From positions 352,001-416,000 of the forward strand of contig CAXXUA010000015.1 of assembly GCA_963663765.2 (NCBI GenBank): DNA of 64,000 nt, given 5' to 3'. A program made the translations under genes and the position numbers. Positions 41,598 through 50,206 of the stretch are shown here, piece after piece (the stretch's first letter is position 1; each line of letters opens with the position of its first letter). The stretch is from Candidatus Poribacteria bacterium. GTDB lineage: Bacteria; Poribacteria; WGA-4E; WGA-3G. A model generated the notes under the pieces. It did not search any database and was not told the origin of the DNA. It saw only the letters and a program-made list of their open reading frames with translations.

Positions 41598-42743
41598 ACC
41601 TAAGTTGCTTCCTACAAAACTTAAACTTGGAAACACCATCTAATATCAAAAAAATGCTGATAAATAACCTATATTTTGTAACACAAACTTTATGAAGATT
41701 AATAAATATTGGTGCTTTGTAAGCGCGCCCCTGATTGTAGGCGTGCTTTGTAAGCGCGCCCCTTCCCCCAATGGTAGGCGTGCTTTGTAAGCGCGCCCCT
41801 TCCCCCGATGGTAGTCGTGCTTTGTAAGCGCGCCCCCGATGGTAGGCGTGCTTTGTAAGCGCGCCCCTGATGGTAGGTGTGCTTTGTAAGCGCGCCCCTG
41901 ATGGTAGGCGTGCTTTGTAAGTGCGCCCCCGATGGTAGGCGTGCTTTGTAAGCGCCTCCCGATGGTAGGCGTGCTTTGTAAGCGCGCCCCCGATTGTAGG
42001 CGTGCTTTGTAAGCGCGCCCCTGATTGTAGTCGTGCTTTGTAAGCGCGCCCCTGATTGTAGTCGTGCTTTGTAAGCGCGCCCCTGTGATTGTAGTCGTGC
42101 TTTGTAAGCGCGCCCCTGATTGTAGTCGTGCTTTGTAAGCGCGCCCCTGATTGTAGTCGTGCTTTGTAAGCGCGCCCCTGTGATGGTAGTCGTGCTTTGT
42201 AAGCGCGCCCCTGATTGTAGTCGTGCTTTGTAAGCGCGCCCCTGATTGTAGTCGTGCTTTGTAAGCGCCCCCCTGATTGTAGGCGTGCTTTGTAAGCGCG
42301 CCCCCGATTGTAGTCGTGCTTTGTAAGCGCGCCCCTGATTGTAGGCGTGCTTTGTAAGCGCGCCCCTGATTGTAGGCGTGCTTTGTAAGCGCACCCCCGA
42401 TTGTAGTCGTGCTTTGTAAGCGCGCCCCTGATTGTAGTCGTGCTTTGTAAGCGCGCCCCTGATTGTAGGCGTGCTTTGTAAGCGCGCCCCTGATTGTAGG
42501 CGTGCTTTGTAAGCGCGCTGGCACATCAAGTCCCAACAGCGCGCTTACAAAGCACACCTACCGGGTGAGAAATATTTATCACCGAATTAATAAATTAATC
42601 TTCATCTGCAGCAAAGAAAGTTTCTGTTTTGGGCGTTGTGTCTTGATTTGGCAACTAACATAAGCGATGAACCAATTTCTTATCAACACATGTTTGAAAA
42701 AAACTGTCCAAACTATAGTATAGTACTATGCAGCAACTTAGGT
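41598..42743. mobile_element. Non-autonomous element B (1146 bp) carrying a tandem REP-like array
   Basis: TIRs ACCTAAGTTGCT / AGCAACTTAGGT; perfect 7-bp TSD TAATGTA at 41591-41597 and 42744-42750; no transposase. Confidence 0.8.
41711..42561 (+). repeat. Tandem array of 26 palindromic units (31 bp, GTAG-type REP-like) plus one inverted terminal copy
   Basis: Unit GATTGTAGGCGTGCTTTGTAAGCGCGCCCCT; stem GGCGTGCTT-TGT-AAGCGCGCC; inverted copy at 42537-42561 after a 16-bp spacer. Confidence 0.95.
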
Positions 42744-42930
42744 TAATGTAAGTGTCTTCTCCATGAAATCCGTTGATTATTTTATTGTATCTAAGTACAG
42801 ATTGAAAGCGTTTTATTATTGGTAAGGTTTACACTCGCTACATTGATCTGTAATTACAGTAATTAGAACTTCATCCCATTATCTGTTAAATTCAACTAAT
42901 ACATCATTGAACCTACATAAAAGATAAAAA

Positions 42931-44799
42931 ATGCCTTCAATTGAAAGATTGACACAGAAACTAATAGATACATCACAACCTGTTGCAACCCGTAGAGCTG
43001 CAATCATAGAAATTGCTGAAATTGGGGGAGAACAAGTCCTTCCTTTTCTATTGAATGCATTGCGGGATAATGCACCTGGTGTAAGACGTGAAGCTGCGCA
43101 CGCATTGCAGCAATTCACACTGCATGAAGTATCCTCAGCATTAATGGAGGCTATAAATACTGAAGAAAACGATTTAACACTCTGGACTCTGATTGAGGTA
43201 ATTGGTAACATTGGAACTTCAGAAGTTCTTCTACCACTAAATGAACTTTTAGACAGAACACTTTCACCTTTGACCCGACGTGAAATACAAAAGAGCATTG
43301 ACCAGATAAATGTTAGACTCACAGAATCCGATGAGGACGTTGAACATGATCAGAATTTTACAAATGATAGTGATGTTGATCAAGTCAAAAAGCGAGTATC
43401 CGAATCGGAACAACAGCAATCTGAAATAAACCAAGAGAACAATGATGTCATTGTTGAAGATGATGATAATTCTGAAGACTTGGAACAAATAACTGAAATT
43501 TCAGTTGAGGATGCTGATGACAAAAATGTTGAGAATGAAAGTAACACCGATGAAATTGAAGTGTCAGTTCTTGAAGCAAGTGATGAGCAAGAACAGGTAT
43601 CTGTAACGTCAAATACAGAAGAATCTAAAGACACTGCAGTTCATATTAATAAATCTGATAAATCAAATGATAAAACAGACACCACAGATAACTTAGCATC
43701 TAATATTGGTGCAATTCAGATTGTTGGTACATCCCCTGCGTTGCCAGTACTCGTACCTAATACTTCAGTTGTAATATATGAACAGGAAGATAGGCATTAT
43801 AAGCCGAGTATTTTTGCATTGGTGTTGCGTCCTAATGCATATTTATCAAGAAGATGGGTTTCACGTACTCGACTATTTCTTGTATTGTTATGTCTATTGC
43901 TAGGTGCAACAGTTACCTTAGTTTATTCTCAAGTACAACGCATGCCCCGTTCTCCCTATTTTCAAGCGTTTGATAGCGATTTTATCAGCGATCCTCAATT
44001 ATATCTTGCTGAGGCGAGTTTCTCATTACAACAAACAGATTTTCGTAGTGCTATTGAAAAGTTTGAGCTTGTAAGGAGTAATAATACGATTGAATCTAAA
44101 TTTTTCAGGGAATTAGGGTATGCCTATTTTCAGGAAAAACAATATGCTTCAGCAGTTGAAGCGTATGAGTATTATTTACAGACTCGAACAATTAACGCAT
44201 ATCAGCCATTTGTAGCAGAAGCATCAATTCCAAATGTTGGCAGTGCGTCTGAATTTAGTCGTTCTTCGGATTATACGACATATAACATCATTGGAACAAT
44301 ATATAAGAAGTTGGGACAGTACCATAAAGCGCGAAATACCTTTGAAACTGCAATCACTATTGAACCCAAGGAAGCGGAAGCATATAATAATCTCGCTCAA
44401 CTCTATATTGAAAACTATCAACAAAAGAATCTATTAGCAGAAGCACTTACATATACATCAGTTGGACTTCGACCTCAATCAGCAACATATCATGATACCA
44501 TGGGTTGGATCGCAAGTAAACGTGGACGTATAAACAAAGCTACTAACGCTTTAGAGCATGCAATCCGATTGCAAAGTGATTTTGTGCCGGCACATTATCA
44601 CTTATCAGAGATAGATAATAAAACAAGAAATCCACAAGAATCTGTAGAATCTTTTCAATACAAACACATTAATAAGTTGATACAAAGAAATAGTCCAAAA
44701 CCGGGGATATTGGGTCTACTGTCATATATGTATGATAAAGATGTACAAAAACTTCCAAGATTATTCACTTCAATGCTGGAGCATAGGGGATTAAAATAG
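42931..44799 (+). CDS. HEAT-repeat / acidic linker / TM / TPR protein
   Basis: PBS-lyase-like HEAT repeats (LRDNAPGVRREAAHAL), D/E-rich linker, TM LFLVLLCLLLGATVTLVY, TPRs (AYNNLAQ, YHDTMGW). Confidence 0.75.
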   Translation: MPSIERLTQKLIDTSQPVATRRAAIIEIAEIGGEQVLPFLLNALRDNAPGVRREAAHALQQFTLHEVSSALMEAINTEENDLTLWTLIEVIGNIGTSEVLLPLNELLDRTLSPLTRREIQKSIDQINVRLTESDEDVEHDQNFTNDSDVDQVKKRVSESEQQQSEINQENNDVIVEDDDNSEDLEQITEISVEDADDKNVENESNTDEIEVSVLEASDEQEQVSVTSNTEESKDTAVHINKSDKSNDKTDTTDNLASNIGAIQIVGTSPALPVLVPNTSVVIYEQEDRHYKPSIFALVLRPNAYLSRRWVSRTRLFLVLLCLLLGATVTLVYSQVQRMPRSPYFQAFDSDFISDPQLYLAEASFSLQQTDFRSAIEKFELVRSNNTIESKFFRELGYAYFQEKQYASAVEAYEYYLQTRTINAYQPFVAEASIPNVGSASEFSRSSDYTTYNIIGTIYKKLGQYHKARNTFETAITIEPKEAEAYNNLAQLYIENYQQKNLLAEALTYTSVGLRPQSATYHDTMGWIASKRGRINKATNALEHAIRLQSDFVPAHYHLSEIDNKTRNPQESVESFQYKHINKLIQRNSPKPGILGLLSYMYDKDVQKLPRLFTSMLEHRGLK

Positions 44800-44819
44800 A
44801 TAGTATTATCTACTATATG

Positions 44820-44909
44820 TCTTACAAAAGGTAAGAGGGTTTTTTATCCCCGATTTACCAGACACGCGAACCGGTGAATTTGGGAAAATTCGAATCTGTA
44901 AGATACGCT
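44820..44909 (+). repeat. Dispersed 90-bp repeat family C, copy 1
   Basis: Ungapped match (71/90 by hand count) to the reverse complement of 48081-48170. Confidence 0.75.
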
Positions 44910-44937
44910 GTAAAATGTTGTAGAATTCAAAGTGCCT

Positions 44938-45138
44938 CAGGACTTACGCACCCAACGGTAGGCGGGGAATGCCTAAATGGCATTCATACCGTTGATTTGG
45001 CGCTTTGTAGGCGGGGAATGCCAAAAGGCATTCATACCGTTGATTTCTTGATTTGGCGCTGGAAACCGAAAAAATGCTGAAAATCACACCATTTTCGTCA
45101 TAATTCTTCATCAAATCATGAAAACTGCGTAAGTCCTG
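44938..45138. mobile_element. MITE family A, copy 3 (201 bp)
   Basis: Perfect 13-bp TIRs; flanks GTGCCT / GTACCT; internal duplication of the GTAGGCGGGGAATGCC-hairpin module. Confidence 0.85.
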
Positions 45139-45229
45139 GTACCTATAATAATCTTTTGCTACAATTTTTGCTACAATTTAGGTATTTAGATATACTACAA
45201 GAAAATTGGAAATATGGAGGATTGCAATT

Positions 45230-45458
45230 ATGACAAACATTAAAGTGTATCCAATATTTATATTTGCAGCTATGATGTTGATTGTATCAGTGAATCAAGT
45301 ATTAGCATTAGATGAATTCGTGCCTATCGACTTGGAACCCTACTCAAATACAAAGTTGGTTGGTCACGTGTGTGGACATTAGATGCTGGTGACAATACCT
45401 ACTCTCTGTTTTTATAGACGAATTCGCTGAATTCGAGGGTCCTGACAGATTTGAATAA
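45230..45458 (+). pseudogene. Truncated/frameshifted secreted-protein gene
   Basis: GGAGG RBS and signal peptide (MTNIKVYPIFIFAAMMLIVSVNQVLA-LDEFVPIDLEPY). Stops at 45382; protein-like text continues in other frames (WTLDAGDNTY, IDEFAEFEGPD). Confidence 0.5.
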
Positions 45459-45491
45459 CGTCAAATATAACCTATATTTGACGTTATTTTT
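45454..45491 (+). terminator. Rho-independent terminator-like hairpin
   Basis: Perfect 16-bp stem AATAACGTCAAATATA-ACC-TATATTTGACGTTATT followed by a T-run. Confidence 0.65.
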
Positions 45492-45538
45492 GTGTACATG
45501 TTATGAATGTATTTGATACCAGAAAACATTGAAAAAAG

Positions 45539-45567
45539 TTGACTTCCTCACCTATGTATGCTATAAT
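45539..45567 (+). promoter_or_regulatory. Sigma-70 promoter of groEL
   Basis: TTGACT-17 bp-TATAAT with an extended TGn; no CIRCE seen. Confidence 0.7.
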
Positions 45568-45624
45568 TTTATATAAGATTTTTTTTTATTAAAGTCTCTA
45601 ATAGATATTTTTAGGAGGAATTTA

Positions 45625-47253
45625 ATGCCCGCAAAGCAATTAATTTTTAATGAAGAAGCAAGGGTTGCACTCAAACGTGGTGCTGACGTTCTTGCAAATG
45701 CTGTTAAGGTAACTCTCGGTCCACGTGGACGTAATGTGGTTATACAAAAATCTTTTGGTGCGCCGATCGTTACATGTGATGGTGTCACCGTTGCGAAAGA
45801 GATTGAACTTGAAGACCCTTACGAGAATATGGGAGCACAATTGCTGGAGTCCATTGCAACAAAAACAAATGATGTCGCAGGAGACGGGACCACCACTGCC
45901 ACTTTGTTAGGTCAAGAAATCTTACATGAAGGTCTAAAAAATGTAACTGCTGGTGCAGACCCCATGCAGTTGAAAATTGGAATAGATAAGGCTGTTGTCG
46001 CTGCTGTAGATGCAATTACTGCACAAAGCCGTGATGTTAACACCTATGAAGAGATTGTCCAAGTTGCATCAATCGCTGCCAACGATCCTGCAAATAACAG
46101 CAATATTGGTACACTCATCGCAGATGCAATCGAAAAAGTTGGGAATGACGGTGCTATTACTATAGAAGAGGGTAAAACATCGGAGACGACTGTTGACATT
46201 GTGAAAGGAATGCAGTTTGACAGAGGTTTTTTGTCGCCTAACTTTGTTACTAACTTAAAAGACCAGACCGTAGAACTTGAGAATCCATACATTCTAATCA
46301 ATACTGGTAAAATATCTACGGTTGTTGACTTAGTGCCAATATTGGAAAAGGTGATGCAGCTGAGTCGTCCCTTACTGATTATTGCTGAAGATGTTGAAGG
46401 TGAAGCTTTGTCAACTTTAGTAGTTAACAAGTTGAGAGGGAACATGCAAGTTGCAGCCATTAAAGCACCTGGATTTGGTGATAGACGAAAAGAAATGTTA
46501 GAAGATTTAGCAATATTGACTGCAGGACAAGTAATTTCTGAAGATACTGGTATTCGTTTAGAAAACATTGTTGTAGGTATGTTAGGTACTGCGCGTAGTG
46601 TACTTATTGATAAAGATACTACAACCATTGTGGGTGGTTTTGGTGCAAAAGAAAGTATTGAAGGGAGAGTCGTACAGATACGTAGACAGATTGAAGAAAC
46701 TACATCGGAATATGATAGAGAAAAACTTGAAGAACGTCTTGCGAAACTTGCAGGTGGTGTTGCTGTTGTCAATGTAGGTGCTGCAACCGAAATCGAAATG
46801 AAAGAAAAAAAAGCAAGATGTGAAGATGCGCTTGCTGCAACGCGTGCTGCCGTAGAAGAAGGGATAGTTCCTGGTGGAGGTATAGCGATGCTGCGTGCTA
46901 TCTCAATAATTGCGGAACTTGAATTAAAAGGAGACCAAAATACAGGTCGCAATATTGTTCAGGAAGCATTACGTTCTCCAGTTCGCGCTATTGCACAGAA
47001 TGCTGGTTTAGAAGGTGCAGTAGTACTTGCAAAAGTTGAAAATGCCGAAGCCAATTATGGATTCAACGCTGCATTAGAAGAATATGGTGATATGCTTGAA
47101 TTTGGAGTGATTGATCCAACTAAGGTTGTTCGGTCTGCGTTACAGAACGCTTCCAGCATTGCTGGCTTACTATTGACAACCGAAACATTAATCACAGAAG
47201 TTGAGGAACAGGTAGATTTTCCTGATGCTGACATGCATGATGACTATATGTAG
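45625..47253 (+). CDS. groL: Chaperonin GroEL (orphan paralog, no adjacent groES)
   Basis: [43 protein letters not shown]; AGGAGG RBS. Confidence 0.96.
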   Translation: MPAKQLIFNEEARVALKRGADVLANAVKVTLGPRGRNVVIQKSFGAPIVTCDGVTVAKEIELEDPYENMGAQLLESIATKTNDVAGDGTTTATLLGQEILHEGLKNVTAGADPMQLKIGIDKAVVAAVDAITAQSRDVNTYEEIVQVASIAANDPANNSNIGTLIADAIEKVGNDGAITIEEGKTSETTVDIVKGMQFDRGFLSPNFVTNLKDQTVELENPYILINTGKISTVVDLVPILEKVMQLSRPLLIIAEDVEGEALSTLVVNKLRGNMQVAAIKAPGFGDRRKEMLEDLAILTAGQVISEDTGIRLENIVVGMLGTARSVLIDKDTTTIVGGFGAKESIEGRVVQIRRQIEETTSEYDREKLEERLAKLAGGVAVVNVGAATEIEMKEKKARCEDALAATRAAVEEGIVPGGGIAMLRAISIIAELELKGDQNTGRNIVQEALRSPVRAIAQNAGLEGAVVLAKVENAEANYGFNAALEEYGDMLEFGVIDPTKVVRSALQNASSIAGLLLTTETLITEVEEQVDFPDADMHDDYM

Positions 47254-47268
47254 TTGTAATGTTACCAA

Positions 47269-47390
47269 CAGGACTTACGCACCCAAGGGTCGGCGTGTTT
47301 TGTAAGCGCGCCGGAAACCGAAAAAATGCTGAAAATTACACCATTTTCGTCATAATTCTTCATCAAATCATGAAAACTGCGTAAGTCCTG
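47269..47390. mobile_element. MITE family A, copy 4 (122 bp) carrying one unit of the 41.7-kb array
   Basis: Perfect TIRs; perfect 5-bp TSD ACCAA; internal GTCGGCGTGTTTTGTAAGCGCGCC (47289-47312). Confidence 0.88.
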
Positions 47391-47418
47391 ACCAATACAA
47401 AAAAAGGTCTAATTATAA

Positions 47419-47462
47419 AGAACTTAGGTGTTGTTTCTCGCTTATTAACTCACCTAAGTTCT
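47419..47462. terminator. Hairpin between convergent genes
   Basis: AGAACTTAGGTG / CACCTAAGTTCT with a 20-nt loop, overlapping the stop codon of the 47454-47921 ORF. Confidence 0.4.
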
Positions 47463-47921
47463 GTAACGTGCTACCATCCCGCTATCCCAATCACAATCTA
47501 AGCAGAACATATCGGAAGCACTCAAGTACTGAATCTTTTTACTGCCACATGTAGGACATTCTGAAACATTATTATTTATATTTTTTTCTTCAGACTGTTG
47601 AAAAATGTTGAGATGGTATATCTTCATGGTACCTGAGTAGCGATGACCAAGTGGACACCGAATTAAATTTGAATTTTCCTTCTCAAAGCGATCAATTAAT
47701 TCGCGGAGAAACTTTAGCGGATGTCTACAGATCGGACATGGGTTTGGTATCAGTTCTTTCACAACGATTATATCTGTATCCTCAGAACGTACAGAGATAG
47801 GCAATGAAAGATGGTGCTCAAGTCTTTGTGAATCAGAAAGTTGGGTTTCAATGTTTTCAAGGTGTTCTGATGTTACAATAGCAAAATTATCTGGACTTAA
47901 TACCACCGCTGTTGGAACCAT
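47454..47921 (-). CDS. Hypothetical protein with two zinc-ribbon-like motifs
   Basis: CPIC...CPLGH and CPTC...CLDC. Confidence 0.6.
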   Translation of the reverse strand: MVPTAVVLSPDNFAIVTSEHLENIETQLSDSQRLEHHLSLPISVRSEDTDIIVVKELIPNPCPICRHPLKFLRELIDRFEKENSNLIRCPLGHRYSGTMKIYHLNIFQQSEEKNINNNVSECPTCGSKKIQYLSASDMFCLDCDWDSGMVARYRT

Positions 47922-48080
47922 TGTTCCACCCTTTAAACTGGAGATAAGTCTATATATACGTTCTATAATGATTCATTCCTCCGTTATCAAAAGAGTCTAA
48001 GGAAGTTCCAAATTAATAGAGAAAACTTATCTATGTTTGTAGAAGAGTCTACATTTGGCTATTTTCATTGATGCTTGTAT

Positions 48081-48170
48081 AGCGTATCGCATAAATGCGA
48101 TTCTGTTCAAATTCACAGGATCGCTTGTCTGGTAAATCGGGGTTAGAAACCCCTCCTACCTTTTATGAGA
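48081..48170 (-). repeat. Dispersed 90-bp repeat family C, copy 2
   Basis: Contains GTAGGAGGGGTTTCTAACCCCGAT (GTAG plus GGGGTT/AACCCC hairpin); homologous to 44820-44909. Confidence 0.75.
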
Positions 48171-48187
48171 TAGGTTGAAGTAGTTAC

Positions 48188-48553
48188 TCAATTTACATTC
48201 GGTTCAGCAGACAATAGGTCTTCACGAGTTATTGCTAATTGTGAACTACTACGTTTTGTACGATAAACATCATCTGGTTGATTTCGTAAGATAATTATAT
48301 CATCGCCATCACGTTCAATAGCATCACCTGACATCAACATGCTTTCAATTTTTCTCATGCTTGTAATGAAATTAATTGTAACTTTACCGGTATCAAGAAT
48401 ATTTATTCGCCACCCATTGCTTGTTTTCACTCGGTTGAATCGCTGTGTAATATCAATAGATTGTAACTGATTGATGTTAAAGATGACACCACTTTCAGGT
48501 GTTTCAGTGCTTGAATCTTCGACCTCTTGGTTCATTCCATTTTCCTCTGCCAT
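48188..48553 (-). CDS. Hypothetical protein
   Basis: 121-aa ORF with AGGAG RBS and an upstream TTGACA-18-TAGAAT (48592-48621). Confidence 0.65.
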   Translation of the reverse strand: MAEENGMNQEVEDSSTETPESGVIFNINQLQSIDITQRFNRVKTSNGWRINILDTGKVTINFITSMRKIESMLMSGDAIERDGDDIIILRNQPDDVYRTKRSSSQLAITREDLLSAEPNVN

Positions 48554-48676
48554 TGAATGTCTCCTAAAAATAAATTTATAATGCTGATATAATTCTACCT
48601 AATAGTCTATATGTTTGTCAACCAATTTTTGATTATACAACAGTACCTTTTCACCAAAGTAAAAATTCCTTAATGG

Positions 48677-49330
48677 TTAAATGCTGCGTTCTATTGACCA
48701 GTGTCTATCTGTACTTTGAACAACCACCGCTCCATTCATATCTGTTTGATTTAACATCTCCTTCACCTCTTCAATTGTAAAGGATGCAAGAAAAGAATCA
48801 TAATAGAGTTTCTGTTGGTAAGGTGTATCTTCTGCGGCATAGATGTCAACAAATCTTTGCGCATCATCAGTAGTTTCTGGTCGGATCAGATCGCGAATTA
48901 ATATGACACCTTTTGGTTTCAAAACTCTTCCCATTTCTTTAAGTGCAGTTAATGCATCGTGTATATGATGTACAATACTGTTTGAAATAATTCCATCAAA
49001 ACAGTTGTCAACATAAGGCAGTTCTTTCGCATCAATACATTCAAGACTTATCTGTTTGGAAAGATCAGAATCTATTACATGTTGTTCGGCAATTTTTAAC
49101 ATCTCTTCAGAAAGGTCAATTGCTGTAATATTAAGATTTGGACACCGCTTAGCAAGTAGGATAGGGATTTGCGCAGGTCCTGTACCAACATCAATAAAAT
49201 GGCCACTTCTTGCACCGAGATCTATTACTCGATTTACAAATGCGTCATCAACTTCTCCATGTTCCATTGCATCATAAGCCTCGGCGGCTTCTGCAGTATC
49301 CATGACTTCAGGTTCTACAATTCTATACAT
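48677..49330 (-). CDS. Class I SAM-dependent methyltransferase
   Basis: EPEVMD, IDVGTGPA, IDLSEEML, SNSIVHH, IRDLIRP. Confidence 0.87.
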   Translation of the reverse strand: MYRIVEPEVMDTAEAAEAYDAMEHGEVDDAFVNRVIDLGARSGHFIDVGTGPAQIPILLAKRCPNLNITAIDLSEEMLKIAEQHVIDSDLSKQISLECIDAKELPYVDNCFDGIISNSIVHHIHDALTALKEMGRVLKPKGVILIRDLIRPETTDDAQRFVDIYAAEDTPYQQKLYYDSFLASFTIEEVKEMLNQTDMNGAVVVQSTDRHWSIERSI

Positions 49331-49556
49331 CTATATTTCCTGTGTGTCAACTTCGGTTGTTTTCTTTCGTTCCATTCACCAAAATACATTAGATTTTTGT
49401 TAGTGATTTCAGACAATAAAATAATACTTTTGTATAACTGATAACTGAATATGGCAAATGATTATATATACCAATATTCAATTTGTCAATTGAAAAATTA
49501 GTTGTTGTCTTATTTACATTATTCAGATATACTGAAGCATAAAACGGAGTAAAAAG

Positions 49557-50135
49557 ATGAAAAAAAAGAAAATCATCCAAAAGATTTCATGCGACTTTTT
49601 GATCATTTCACTATGTATATTCATTTCAGCAATTTTCACTTCTTGTGTTGAAGAAAAACAGATTTCAGATGCAGTGCAGCAAACTGAAAAAGATGACACC
49701 GAACAAAACACTGATGAACCAATTGTCAAGCTCCCAGGTTTACCTGATGACGTTGCAGGATATGAACAGTGGTTGAAATTAAATACAGACCCCATTCCAC
49801 CAGTTGTTGGTACAGATCCACATAACGGAACGAAAAACGTCTATGTCAACAAAAAGCGTGATGATATAGCACCTGACGGTGAACAACAATTCCCATACCC
49901 AGATGGGAGCATAGTTGTTAAGGACGCAACACGTCCCGATAAGGATTATATCGGTCTAATTGCAATAATGAGAAAAAAGGCTGGTAGTGATCCTGATCAC
50001 AATGATTGGGAATTCATAGAGTACACCAGAAACGATCCAGAAGACGATTTTGCAGTTATTGCTTCCGGACGTATATGTTGGGGATGTCATGTCCGTGCTG
50101 AAGATACAGACTATGTTTTTACGGAATTGGAATAA
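49557..50135 (+). CDS. Cytochrome P460-family lipoprotein
   Basis: Lipobox-like IFTSC; YPDGSIVVKD, IMRK, DWEF, C-terminal CWGCH..AEDTDYVF. Confidence 0.78.
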   Translation: MKKKKIIQKISCDFLIISLCIFISAIFTSCVEEKQISDAVQQTEKDDTEQNTDEPIVKLPGLPDDVAGYEQWLKLNTDPIPPVVGTDPHNGTKNVYVNKKRDDIAPDGEQQFPYPDGSIVVKDATRPDKDYIGLIAIMRKKAGSDPDHNDWEFIEYTRNDPEDDFAVIASGRICWGCHVRAEDTDYVFTELE

Positions 50136-50206
50136 TGCTGACGAAATCATATTGATAAATCTGGTAACATCAACTCATCCTATTTTCATCAGAAAGGAGA
50201 ATCCTA

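Noticed and set aside
41646-42557. 303-aa and 276-aa repetitive ORFs on the minus strand
   Set aside because: They are artefacts of a stop-free 31-bp repeat read in rotating frames. Both frames give the same peptide cycle and there is no RBS.
41711-42561. CRISPR array
   Set aside because: The sequence between palindromes is only about 6-13 nt and nearly invariant. There are no unique spacers and no cas genes.
44874-45080. 68-aa ORF with an internal repeat
   Set aside because: It is a translation of repeat C and MITE A3 sequence.
46044-46952. 302-aa antisense ORF
   Set aside because: It is a shadow of groEL codon usage with no independent features.
44938-47390. Composite transposon of MITE A3 and A4 carrying groEL
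   Set aside because: Each copy has its own flanking duplication (GTGCCT/GTACCT and ACCAA) and the outer flanks do not match, indicating independent insertions.
47419-47462. ACCTAAGTT motifs as further ends of element B
   Set aside because: They face outward, and I found no partner end or target duplication. A terminator hairpin is the simpler reading.
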